A stretch of DNA of 64,000 nucleotides. Origin: Cyclobacteriaceae bacterium (GTDB taxonomy: Bacteria; Bacteroidota; Bacteroidia; Cytophagales; Cyclobacteriaceae). Shown here piece by piece: positions 1 through 9,276 of this stretch (its first letter is position 1; the number at the start of each line of letters is the position of its first letter). The notes beneath the pieces were generated by a model. That model was not told the origin of the DNA, searched no databases, and was given only the letters and a program-made list of their open reading frames with translations. The stretch spans positions 180,895 through 244,894 of the forward strand of contig JAGDZO010000010.1 of assembly GCA_049115815.1 (NCBI GenBank), read 5' to 3'. Position numbers and translations under genes: made by a program.

Positions 1-64
1 CTCCCATATTATCGATCACGTCTAGTGTGATTGCGTTTGTTTTAGTCATTCAGAATTTAACAAA

Positions 65-2413
65 TTGAACCAGGTAGATCCATTAGATAGCCAAGCCAGT
101 GAGAACGAGATTTTCAACGCTTTTGATCTAGGTAAATTTTTGTTTATCGTTCGAAAGAATTTGATCTGGATTCTTTTGTTTCTCATTGTTGGTTTCTCGA
201 TAGCCTATGTATATGTGCGATATACCAAACCGGTTTATGAGTCTACCTCTATCTTAAAACTGGACTTTGAGAGCGAAGCAACCACTTTGGGTTTGACAAC
301 AGGTGCAGCTACCGCTGATGTGATGGGGCAGGAGCTTTCTGGTGAAATAGAATTGCTCAAATCAAGACTGTTTTATTCTAAAGTCATTGATGTGGTGGGA
401 ATGGATGTTTCCTATCACTACTATGGTCGTTACCTCACAGATGAGAGATATCACAATCACCCTTTCGTGGTTTCACATCTGGTCAAGAATTCTGGTTTTT
501 ATGATCGACCTATTGATTTGAAAATCACTGGAGAAAATAGTTTTGAAATTAATTTGGGGGGAGGATTCACCTCTCATGCATTTGGTGAAGAGATTAAAAA
601 TCAAAATGTTAATCTTCTAATTGAAAAAACTAAGCATTTCAAATACCCTGAAGTAGGTGGAACCTATTATTTCACCATAAATGGGAGAAATGCACTGATC
701 AATTACCTCCAGACAAATGTGATCGTTCGACCAGAGAATTTTAGCGCTAGGACTATCAGAATATCGTTGGCAGATCACAATGTCTATAAGGCTCATGACT
801 TGATTACAGCCATAGACACACTATATCTAGAGTATACTAAACAGGCGAAGAATCAAGCGATTGAGCAGAAAATTGCCTTTTTGAATTCTCAGATTAGTCT
901 CACAGAATCCAAGCTAGAAACATTTGAGACTTATTTTGAAGATTTTATTATTGAGAACAAGACGCTAAGTTTGTCGCGCGACTTACAGGTCACGATAGAC
1001 TATCTCAAAAGTCTCGATTCTACAAGATTGAAATTGAAGGCTCATTTACTCGGGTTGAAAAATCTTGAGAATGAATTCATCGAAAATGATTCACTGCTTG
1101 TCTACCCTATATCGGCGAATCTTCCTAAGGCATTTTATGATTTGGTTGCGGAATTCAAAAAAGTAAAATCAGAACGCCGAGAAAAACTCTACTCATATAA
1201 TGAAAACACTTATGCCATACGTCAGCTGGACCGGCAATTGGATGAGATAAGAGAGCTGCTTAAAAAGTTTATCCCGGATCAGAAATTGGCTTTGGAAAGA
1301 AACCTTCGCCAGCTGAACGATCAAGCGGACAAGTTGGAGGCTCAATTCGAAAAGCTCCCTGAGATGAGCACTACCTTTGATAAAAACAAGAGATTTTATG
1401 AGTTGCAAGAATCCTACTTGATGTCACTTTGGCAAAGCAGAATGGATCTGGAGATAACTAAGGCGGGTACTGTGACGAATTATGTGATTTTGGAACCGGC
1501 ATCTCTACCAAGTACCCCTATCAAGCCCAAGCCAACGATTATTTATACCGCGGCGGGTGCCTTATCCATTTTGCTATCTATCATTTTTGTGTTGGTCAGA
1601 TACCTACTTCACAATAAGATTTCAAGTATGAGGGAACTGGAGAGTTTAACATCCAGCCCTATTCTTGGAGCAGTTCCGGAGTACACCAATCACAAGCTGC
1701 CATTAACTAAGCTGATCATTAAGCCTAGCTCCAAATCTTCAATTAGTGAGGCTCTTAGGACTATTCGGACCAATATGGAGTTTCTAAACGGAACGAACCA
1801 AACCAAGATGGTGACTATCACCTCTACCATATCGGGTGAAGGAAAAACTTTTATTGCGGTCAACCTTGGAGCCATAATCGCTTTTTCTAAACTGAAAGTT
1901 TGTGTAGTTGATCTGGATATGAGGAAACCAAAGGTTCATTTGGCTTTTGGTAATGAAGCTTCCGCTAATGGCATGAGTACCTTGCTGATTGGTAAAAGCA
2001 AACTTGAGGATTGTGTGGTTCATTCATCCATTGAAAACCTAGACTACATTCCTGCTGGTCCTAATCCGCCCAATCCTTCTGAGTTGATTCTTGGAGATCA
2101 GTATGACGGTATATTGGCTCAGCTAAAAGCGAAATACGATTTGGTGATATTGGATACGCCACCGGTGGGATTGGTGACAGATGCTGTTATGAGCATGCGA
2201 AAATCGGACTTACAACTATATGTTGTGCGGGCGGATTATTCCAAACGATCATTTATTAAGTCAATTGAGAATCTGAGGAAAATCAACAGATTCTCCAATC
2301 TGACCGTAATCTTTAATTCCGTCAAAGCATCAGGCAAGGGTTATGGTTATGGCTATGGATACGGCTATGGCTATGGCTATGGTTATGGTTACTACGAAGA
2401 CAATAAGGAATAG
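65..2413 (+). CDS. wzc: Wzc-type polysaccharide co-polymerase fused to a bacterial tyrosine (BY) kinase
   Basis: 782-aa ORF with a TTG start; there is no in-frame ATG before the first TM helix. Two TM helices flank a long coiled-coil region. These are followed by Walker A GEGKT, Walker A' VVDLDMRKP, Walker B LVILDTPP and a C-terminal tyrosine cluster (GY)x9-Y. Confidence 0.85.
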   Translation: MNQVDPLDSQASENEIFNAFDLGKFLFIVRKNLIWILLFLIVGFSIAYVYVRYTKPVYESTSILKLDFESEATTLGLTTGAATADVMGQELSGEIELLKSRLFYSKVIDVVGMDVSYHYYGRYLTDERYHNHPFVVSHLVKNSGFYDRPIDLKITGENSFEINLGGGFTSHAFGEEIKNQNVNLLIEKTKHFKYPEVGGTYYFTINGRNALINYLQTNVIVRPENFSARTIRISLADHNVYKAHDLITAIDTLYLEYTKQAKNQAIEQKIAFLNSQISLTESKLETFETYFEDFIIENKTLSLSRDLQVTIDYLKSLDSTRLKLKAHLLGLKNLENEFIENDSLLVYPISANLPKAFYDLVAEFKKVKSERREKLYSYNENTYAIRQLDRQLDEIRELLKKFIPDQKLALERNLRQLNDQADKLEAQFEKLPEMSTTFDKNKRFYELQESYLMSLWQSRMDLEITKAGTVTNYVILEPASLPSTPIKPKPTIIYTAAGALSILLSIIFVLVRYLLHNKISSMRELESLTSSPILGAVPEYTNHKLPLTKLIIKPSSKSSISEALRTIRTNMEFLNGTNQTKMVTITSTISGEGKTFIAVNLGAIIAFSKLKVCVVDLDMRKPKVHLAFGNEASANGMSTLLIGKSKLEDCVVHSSIENLDYIPAGPNPPNPSELILGDQYDGILAQLKAKYDLVILDTPPVGLVTDAVMSMRKSDLQLYVVRADYSKRSFIKSIENLRKINRFSNLTVIFNSVKASGKGYGYGYGYGYGYGYGYGYYEDNKE
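2339..2395 (+). repeat. In-frame GGN-TAY hexanucleotide tandem repeat encoding the (GY)9-Y tail of Wzc
   Basis: Read directly: ggt tat ggt tat ggc tat gga tac ggc tat ggc tat ggc tat ggt tat ggt tac tac. This includes three identical consecutive ggctat units. Confidence 0.9.
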
Positions 2414-2437
2414 CATGTACCTTCAATTGATTCGTAT

Positions 2438-3151
2438 ATGTTAGGTTGGTTGGCAGGCAAAGTCAAGCCAAACCTTCAGGTGGACATACACAGTCATCTG
2501 CTACCTGGGTTGGATGATGGTGTGAAAACTATGGAGGAGGCAATCTCAGCGATCAAGGCTATGTCTTCCTTAGGATATAAGAAGATTGTTACCACGCCTC
2601 ACATTTATCAAGAGTTCTATCCAAATACTCCAAGTATAATAATGAATGCTTTGGCAGAGTTGAAAGCAGAACTAACGAAGCAAAAAATTGATATGATCGT
2701 GGAAGCGGCTGCAGAGTATTTTTTGGATGTTGATTTTTTAGTGCGAATTAAAGAAGGGGCGGAGATTCTTAGTTTTGGTGAGGCTAAATATGTTTTGTTC
2801 GAGACAGGTTTTCAGACAAAGCCGATCATTCTTGAAGAGACAGTTTTTGAACTTTTTTCCCGAGGATTTAGACCAGTACTAGCTCATCCTGAGCGATACG
2901 AATATTGGCAACCAAAATCCGAACTATCAGAACACTTAACTGAAATGGGAGTGATGTATCAGGTTTCTCTTCCATCTATCAAGGGTTTTTATGGTCCGAT
3001 TCCCAGAAAAAAGGCCATGAAATTATTGAAGCTTGGCCATGTTGATTTTTTGGGATCTGATCTGCATCGATTCGGACAAGTAGAAGGGTTGAAGAAATCC
3101 CTTCAAGTATCAATTCCCAAGACCGATCTCCTGAACAATTCGTTGATCTAG
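2438..3151 (+). CDS. PHP-fold Mn-dependent protein-tyrosine phosphatase (CpsB/YwqE family)
   Basis: 237 aa with DIHSHLLPGLDDG near the N-terminus, plus HPERY and GSDLH motifs. It lies 24 nt downstream of the BY-kinase gene on the same strand. Confidence 0.85.
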   Translation: MLGWLAGKVKPNLQVDIHSHLLPGLDDGVKTMEEAISAIKAMSSLGYKKIVTTPHIYQEFYPNTPSIIMNALAELKAELTKQKIDMIVEAAAEYFLDVDFLVRIKEGAEILSFGEAKYVLFETGFQTKPIILEETVFELFSRGFRPVLAHPERYEYWQPKSELSEHLTEMGVMYQVSLPSIKGFYGPIPRKKAMKLLKLGHVDFLGSDLHRFGQVEGLKKSLQVSIPKTDLLNNSLI

Positions 3152-3251
3152 TCTAGCTTTGTGGAAAACTTTTTTGATCGGTTCAGGGAAGGGCCACAGG
3201 TTTTTGGATTATCTTGTTATAGCTAGATAATGCACTATAATCGTAATTTAT

Positions 3252-4652
3252 ATGCACGAAGAGTATAAGCGTAAGGAAGAGAGGGAGTTGGTGAAGAAGT
3301 TTGAAGCATTCCTTAAAAATCGCTCCGCATTTTACTTTGATGAAGAATCCTTTCTTCAGGTAATTTCCTTTTATCAAAACCATGAAAAATACAGTCATGG
3401 GCTGAAAGCCTGTGATGTTGGCCTTGAACAGTATACTTTTTCGCTGGATATCACGATGGAGAAAGCTGATTTACTGGTTAAGTTAGATCGCCTTGATGAG
3501 GCTATTTCTACGCTTGAAAATGCTCTAAATTATCATCCGAATGATCCTGAATTGCTCAATCAGAAAGGAACGATTCACTCGCTGATGGCAGAATACAAGC
3601 AAGCTATAGCGTGCTATGAGAAGACCATTGAGTTTTCTGAAGATAAGGATGAGATCTATTACAGTATTGGATTGGCTTATCAGGGGTTGGAAGACTATGT
3701 AAGTGCAGCAGAAAATTATAAGCATGCCATTGAGTTCAACATGCTTAATGAGAATGCTTTATATGAGTTAGCATACTGCCTCGATATTTCGGGAGAACTT
3801 GAGAGCAGCCTAGACTATTATCACAAGTTCATAGATCAGGATCCATACTCTGAATATGCCTGGTATAACCTTGGTATCGTTTATAACAAGCTAGGGCAAT
3901 TTGAAAAATCTGTAGATGCCTATGAGTATGCCGTAGCTATCGATGAGGATTTCAGCAGTGCTCATTTCAATATGGGAAATGCTTACATGAATTTGAAGCG
4001 TTTTGATAAGGCATTGAACGCTTATACCAAAACAATGGATCTTGAGGGGCCAACGGCCGAGACCTATTGTCATATAGGAGCCGCTTATGAGAAAATGATG
4101 CACTTGGATTTAGCCATCAAAAATTATCAGAAGGCGACCAAGTTGGATCAGATGTACCATGAAGCATGGTATGGTTTGGGCGCTAGCTTGATGTATCAAG
4201 AGAAGTGGTATGAGGCGGTTCATTTTTTCAACAAGGCGATCAAATTGGATCAAGAAAATGGAGCCTATTGGAAGGCATTGGCAGATGCGGAAAGCGCTCT
4301 TGGAAATATCATTGCTGCACATGAGGCCTACGAAGAGGCGAGTGATTATCAACCAGACGATAGCCAATTATGGCTAGATTGGTCAAATCTTTTTTATGAG
4401 CAAGGAGAGTTTGAAAAAGCCCAAGAAACTATTGAAAGTGGACTGGTAGACAATCCTGATGATGCAAATCTTTTCTATAGAAGTGTGGTCTATCTGATAG
4501 AGGATGGGAAATATAAATTGGCGATCAATCACCTAGAGACTGCCTTAATGCTGGATTTTGATGGTCACCTGCAGTTGTTTGATTTCCTGCCAAATCTTCA
4601 GACTCAGAAGGCCTTGTATCGCATCATAGAGCAGTACCGAAAAAACAAGTAA
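3252..4652 (+). CDS. Tetratricopeptide (TPR) repeat protein
   Basis: 466 aa built almost entirely of about 34-residue repeats with the TPR pattern, for example AWYNLGIVYNKLGQFEKSVDAYEYAVAID. No signal peptide is seen. Confidence 0.7.
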   Translation: MHEEYKRKEERELVKKFEAFLKNRSAFYFDEESFLQVISFYQNHEKYSHGLKACDVGLEQYTFSLDITMEKADLLVKLDRLDEAISTLENALNYHPNDPELLNQKGTIHSLMAEYKQAIACYEKTIEFSEDKDEIYYSIGLAYQGLEDYVSAAENYKHAIEFNMLNENALYELAYCLDISGELESSLDYYHKFIDQDPYSEYAWYNLGIVYNKLGQFEKSVDAYEYAVAIDEDFSSAHFNMGNAYMNLKRFDKALNAYTKTMDLEGPTAETYCHIGAAYEKMMHLDLAIKNYQKATKLDQMYHEAWYGLGASLMYQEKWYEAVHFFNKAIKLDQENGAYWKALADAESALGNIIAAHEAYEEASDYQPDDSQLWLDWSNLFYEQGEFEKAQETIESGLVDNPDDANLFYRSVVYLIEDGKYKLAINHLETALMLDFDGHLQLFDFLPNLQTQKALYRIIEQYRKNK

Positions 4653-4720
4653 TCTAAGTCGGCTATGTCGTTGGAATTGTAGATTTTTGCCGTCCAACAA
4701 AGTATTCGTAAATCACCAAT

Positions 4721-5482
4721 ATGAATTACCATTTAAACCAAATTCCCGAAAGGACAAACAAGCCCCGAAATACCGGTTTTACCATGGTCATGGACAAAGG
4801 TCTTAGTCTGAGAGAGGTTGAAGACATGATCGAAACTTCTAGTGACTTCATTGACATAGTCAAATTGGGGTGGGCAACTTCTTACGTAACCAAACATTTT
4901 AAAGCAAAGCTGGCTTTGTACAAGGAAGCTGGGTTGCCTGTTTATTTGGGAGGTACATTGTTTGAGGCGTTTATCATTAGGGATCAGTTTGATGATTATA
5001 GAAAAGTACTCGATGAGTATGGACTAGAGCATGCTGAGGTTTCTGATGGTTCTATAGAGATGAATCACGAAGAAAAATGCGGTTATATAGAAACCCTCTC
5101 AAAGCAGGTTACTGTCTTGAGCGAGGTAGGGTCGAAAGATGCTGCTAAGATAATCCCGCCTTACAAATGGATTGAGCAGATGAAAACTGAGTTAGAAGCA
5201 GGTGCTTGGAAGGTAATAGGTGAAGCACGTGAAAGCGGAAATGTAGGACTTTTTAGAGATTCTGGTGAAGTGAGACAGGGTTTGGTAGAAGAGATATTAA
5301 CACAAATTCCCGAGGATAAAATTCTTTGGGAAGCTCCACAGAAAGCTCAACAAGTGTGGTTTATCAAGCTCATCGGTACCAATGTAAACCTTGGTAACAT
5401 CGCTCCAAATGACATCATACCTTTAGAAACTATCAGATTAGGTTTGAGAGGTGATACATTTGATTACTTCCTAAATAAATGA
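4721..5482 (+). CDS. comA: Phosphosulfolactate synthase (ComA/YitD family)
   Basis: 253 aa with an end-to-end ComA-like sequence: N-terminal PERTNKPRNTGFTMVMDKG, then IDIVKLGWATS and AEVSDGSIEM. The family is recognised by eye and was not searched. Confidence 0.7.
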   Translation: MNYHLNQIPERTNKPRNTGFTMVMDKGLSLREVEDMIETSSDFIDIVKLGWATSYVTKHFKAKLALYKEAGLPVYLGGTLFEAFIIRDQFDDYRKVLDEYGLEHAEVSDGSIEMNHEEKCGYIETLSKQVTVLSEVGSKDAAKIIPPYKWIEQMKTELEAGAWKVIGEARESGNVGLFRDSGEVRQGLVEEILTQIPEDKILWEAPQKAQQVWFIKLIGTNVNLGNIAPNDIIPLETIRLGLRGDTFDYFLNK

Positions 5483-6375
5483 ATCAGTATTTAGGCTTTG
5501 TCCTGAAAGGACTTGCCATGGGGGCGGCCAACGTAATCCCCGGTGTATCAGGGGGGACTATCGCTTTTATTACAGGCATTTATCAACGTTTGATAGATGC
5601 ACTCAAGTCCTTTGATCTCAATGCAGTCAAACTGATTCTTAACGGCGATTTTAAGATGTTTGTCCTTAAGACTGATTTCTATTTTTTGGTTTCTATTTTT
5701 GGAGGGATTGCCATCAGCATCTTGAGTTTGGCAAAAATCCTTGAATATGCTTTTGTCAATTTTGAACAACTCACTCTCGCCTTCTTCTTTGGGTTAATTA
5801 TAGCTTCTGTGATTGGGGTTGGTAGGCAGATTTCTGTCTGGTCCCCTGCTAATATCGTAGCACTTATTTTGGGAGTTGTACTGGCTGCAGGGATAGCATT
5901 TTTACCACCGGCAGAGGCTAATGGTTCGTTTCTCTATTTGGTGCTTTGTGGAGGAGTGGCTATTTGCAGTATGATACTTCCTGGGCTTTCAGGATCATAT
6001 ATTCTGTTGCTCATGGGTAATTACCTTTTGGTTATGAAAGCCATAAGTGGTCTTGAAATAGGAGTCCTGATTCCCATTGCTATAGGATGTGTAGTAGGAT
6101 TAATCTTATTTTCTAGGATGCTTTCCTATCTATTCAAAAACTATCAAGACCTCACGATCAGTATTCTTACAGGATTCGTTGCTGGTTCTTTGGCCATTAT
6201 ATGGCCATGGAAGGTTACGCAGTACATGACTCTGGAAGGTGGTAAACAGAAGGCCATCGGATATGAATGGTTTATCCCCTCATTGGACCTTCACTTATGC
6301 TTGGCTATTGGACTTATGATGGTTGGTTTTTTACTGGTTTGGTTCATGGAAAAATGGGCTAACAAGACTGCCTAA
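5479..6375 (+). CDS. DUF368 family polytopic membrane protein (putative undecaprenyl-phosphate translocase)
   Basis: 298 aa with about 8 hydrophobic helices. It carries the duplicated signature GAANVIPGVSGGTIAF and ILPGLSGSYILLL. Its ATG overlaps the comA stop (ATGA at 5479-5482). Confidence 0.8.
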   Translation: MNQYLGFVLKGLAMGAANVIPGVSGGTIAFITGIYQRLIDALKSFDLNAVKLILNGDFKMFVLKTDFYFLVSIFGGIAISILSLAKILEYAFVNFEQLTLAFFFGLIIASVIGVGRQISVWSPANIVALILGVVLAAGIAFLPPAEANGSFLYLVLCGGVAICSMILPGLSGSYILLLMGNYLLVMKAISGLEIGVLIPIAIGCVVGLILFSRMLSYLFKNYQDLTISILTGFVAGSLAIIWPWKVTQYMTLEGGKQKAIGYEWFIPSLDLHLCLAIGLMMVGFLLVWFMEKWANKTA

Positions 6376-6452
6376 TTAGTTACTAGCCAAAGTCCGAATG
6401 CTGTATATTTAAGGGCGATATTTTTTCGCGAACTGATCAAATCAATTTTTGA

Positions 6453-7199
6453 ATGAAACGCTACGGATTAATTGGACACCCTCTCAGTCATTCTTTTTCA
6501 AGAGAATATTTTACAGAGAAGTTTGAGAAATTAGGACTTTCAGATACCCACAAATATGATCTTTTTGATATTGAGTATTTGAAGGATTTTCCAGCCCTGT
6601 GGGAGAGGTACCCTGACCTGGTAGGACTCAATGTGACAGTGCCGCATAAGGAGAATGTCAGGCGATTTCTTGATAGATTAGATACGAGCGCCCATAAAGT
6701 AGAGGCTGTCAATGTGATCAAGCGAGACGGAACAAAACTTGTCGGGTATAACTCAGATTTTTTGGCTTTCAAGCAGTCAATGATCAATTATTTCCAAGGG
6801 AATATTACTTGTGAGCAAGCGCTGATTCTAGGAGGAGGTGGAGCATCTAAGGCTGTAGAGGCTGCATTTTTGGATTTAGGTATTAAATACATGGTGGTTT
6901 CTCGACAAAGAACCAAAGGCGATTTGGTCTATAAGGAGCTTCATGAGAAACCTGAGTATGTAGCCAATGCAGGTATGATTGTCAATACAACGCCATTAGG
7001 CATGAGTCCTAATTTGGAAACGAAACCGGATATCCCTTACGAAGCGATCCATGCCAAGCAATACCTATATGATATCGTCTATAACCCTGAGGAAACGGCG
7101 TTTATGCTAGAAGGAAGGAAAAGGGGAGCAAGGACCAAGAACGGCTTGGAGATGCTGTATCTACAGGCTGATCGATCATGGGAAATTTGGAATTCATAG
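6453..7199 (+). CDS. aroE: Shikimate dehydrogenase
   Basis: 248 aa with YGLIGHPLSHSFS at the N-terminus, an NVTVPHK motif and a GGGGASKA dinucleotide-binding loop. Confidence 0.85.
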   Translation: MKRYGLIGHPLSHSFSREYFTEKFEKLGLSDTHKYDLFDIEYLKDFPALWERYPDLVGLNVTVPHKENVRRFLDRLDTSAHKVEAVNVIKRDGTKLVGYNSDFLAFKQSMINYFQGNITCEQALILGGGGASKAVEAAFLDLGIKYMVVSRQRTKGDLVYKELHEKPEYVANAGMIVNTTPLGMSPNLETKPDIPYEAIHAKQYLYDIVYNPEETAFMLEGRKRGARTKNGLEMLYLQADRSWEIWNS

Positions 7200-7205
7200 G
7201 GATCA

Positions 7206-9233
7206 ATGCAATTTAAACTTACATCAGAGTACACGCCGACTGGAGACCAACCTGGGGCTATAGCCAAACTGACGGAAGGAATCAGAAATGGTGAAGCAGC
7301 GCAAGTATTGCTGGGAGTAACCGGATCAGGAAAGACCTTCACCATGGCCAATGTAGTACAGGAAGTACAACGTCCAACTTTGGTCCTCTGTCATAACAAG
7401 ACGCTAGCTGCTCAGCTATATGGAGAGTTTAAGAGCTTTTTTCCAGAAAATGCTGTGGAGTATTTCATCTCTTACTATGACTACTACCAGCCGGAAGCGT
7501 TTTTGCCTACTACCAATCTCTATATAGAAAAGGACTTGTCCATTAATGAGGAGATTGAAAAACTCAGACTAAGTGCGACATCCGCGCTGCTCACGGGCAG
7601 GCGAGATGTAATTGTTGTGGCTTCTGTTTCTTGCATTTACGGTATAGGAAATCCAGAGGAATTTGGGAAGAATGTGATCAGAGTACAAGAAGGAGAGGTG
7701 ATCCCTAGAAATCAGTTTCTCTTTAAACTGGTGGATATTTTATACAGCAGAACCGAAGTGGAGTTTAAGCGAGGTACGTTTAGAGTGAAGGGAGATACTG
7801 TAGATATCTTCTTGGCGTATGCTGATTTTGCTTATCGATTTATTTTTTGGGGAGACGAGATTGAAGCGATTCATCGAATAGATCCAGTGAGCGGAGAGAA
7901 ACTTTCGGAAGAAAGAATCGTGAGTATTTTTCCAGCAAATCTGTTTGTCACCGGCAAGGATACGCTCAACCAAGCCATCACAGAGATACAAGATGACATG
8001 GTCGCGCAGGTCAATTTCTTTGAGCAGGAACGCAGATTCATGGAGGCTAAAAGGCTCAAAGAACGTACTGAGTTTGATATAGAAATGATCCGAGAGATCG
8101 GCTACTGCTCTGGAGTTGAGAATTATTCAAGATATTTTGATCGACGAGAGCCAGGAGATCGTCCCTTCTGCTTGCTTGATTATTTTCCAGATGACTACTT
8201 GATGATTGTAGATGAAAGTCATGTATCTATACCCCAAGTACGGGGAATGTGGGGAGGTGATCGGGCAAGAAAAGTAAACCTAGTGGATTACGGGTTTAGA
8301 CTACCTTCAGCAATGGATAATCGGCCATTGACTTACAATGAGTTTGAAGAAATGCTCAATCAGGTGGTGTTTGTGAGTGCCACTCCCAGTGAATATGAAT
8401 TGCGGAAATCTGAAGGGATCATTGTTGAGCAATTGATCCGACCTACAGGACTGCTTGATCCGATCATCGAAGTGAGACCAAGTGTCAACCAGATAGATGA
8501 TCTGATGGAGGAAATCCAAATCAGGGTAGAACGTAAAGAAAGGGTACTCATCACCACCTTGACCAAACGGATGGCTGAGGAACTTAGCAAGTATCTGATT
8601 AATGCCGGTGTGAAAACTCGATACATACATTCTGAAGTGGATACATTGGATCGAGTAGAGATTCTTAGAGAGCTTCGTCTTGGGGTATTTGATGTACTGG
8701 TTGGGGTTAACTTGCTTCGAGAAGGGCTAGATCTTCCGGAAGTTTCCTTAGTGACGATCATAGATGCTGACAAGGAGGGTTTTCTTAGAAATGAAAGATC
8801 TCTGGTGCAGACAATTGGTCGAGCGGCCCGAAATGAGAATGGAATGGTTATTATGTACGCGGACAAGATGACTGATTCTATGCAGAGAGCGATAGATGAG
8901 ACCAATAGGCGCCGTGCCATTCAAGAGGCCTATAATAAGGAGCACGGGATTACTCCAACTACCATTATTAAGAATCGCGAGGCTATACTTGGTCAGACAT
9001 CTGCGGCTGATAGTAAAAAAGGTTCTAAGAAGTACTATTCTGGCGAAGATGTAGCTCTTACAGTGGCAGCAGATCCGGTGGTAGCGTATATGGATACTGA
9101 TCAGCTATCCAAGCTGATCAAGGACACCAAAAAGAAAATGGAAACAGCGGCTAAGGATCTTGATTTTATGGAGGCTGCCAGACTAAGAGACGAAATGTTG
9201 GAGCTCGAAAAGATGCTCAAAGACAAAGGCTAA
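7206..9233 (+). CDS. uvrB: Excinuclease ABC subunit B
   Basis: 675 aa with Walker A GVTGSGKT, a DESH helicase motif, and a C-terminal UVR domain (AARLRDEMLELEK). Confidence 0.97.
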   Translation: MQFKLTSEYTPTGDQPGAIAKLTEGIRNGEAAQVLLGVTGSGKTFTMANVVQEVQRPTLVLCHNKTLAAQLYGEFKSFFPENAVEYFISYYDYYQPEAFLPTTNLYIEKDLSINEEIEKLRLSATSALLTGRRDVIVVASVSCIYGIGNPEEFGKNVIRVQEGEVIPRNQFLFKLVDILYSRTEVEFKRGTFRVKGDTVDIFLAYADFAYRFIFWGDEIEAIHRIDPVSGEKLSEERIVSIFPANLFVTGKDTLNQAITEIQDDMVAQVNFFEQERRFMEAKRLKERTEFDIEMIREIGYCSGVENYSRYFDRREPGDRPFCLLDYFPDDYLMIVDESHVSIPQVRGMWGGDRARKVNLVDYGFRLPSAMDNRPLTYNEFEEMLNQVVFVSATPSEYELRKSEGIIVEQLIRPTGLLDPIIEVRPSVNQIDDLMEEIQIRVERKERVLITTLTKRMAEELSKYLINAGVKTRYIHSEVDTLDRVEILRELRLGVFDVLVGVNLLREGLDLPEVSLVTIIDADKEGFLRNERSLVQTIGRAARNENGMVIMYADKMTDSMQRAIDETNRRRAIQEAYNKEHGITPTTIIKNREAILGQTSAADSKKGSKKYYSGEDVALTVAADPVVAYMDTDQLSKLIKDTKKKMETAAKDLDFMEAARLRDEMLELEKMLKDKG

Positions 9234-9276
9234 TATTGCGCTTCATGTTAATTTAGCCAATTCAAATTTCAGACAT

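Noticed and set aside
1-49. Minus-strand ATG at 49-47 opening MTKTNAITLDVIDNMG... and running off the left edge, possibly the start of a gene divergent from wzc.
   Set aside because: Only 16 codons are visible, which is too short to support a call or a product.
2339-2395. GGYTAY tandem repeat considered as a non-coding microsatellite or CRISPR-like repeat.
   Set aside because: It is in frame within wzc and encodes the expected tyrosine-rich tail of a BY-kinase. It is reported as a coding repeat.
8360-8920. 186-aa minus-strand ORF inside uvrB. Similar long antisense ORFs lie at 45320-45904 in lysS, 57011-57493 in the carboxyltransferase gene, 43820-44251 in the proline dehydrogenase gene, 29158-29547 in the aminopeptidase gene and 31351-31659 in the ABC permease gene.
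   Set aside because: Each lies entirely within, and antisense to, a confidently identified conserved gene. Their translations are low-complexity, Ser/Leu/Ile-rich sequences typical of shadow ORFs.
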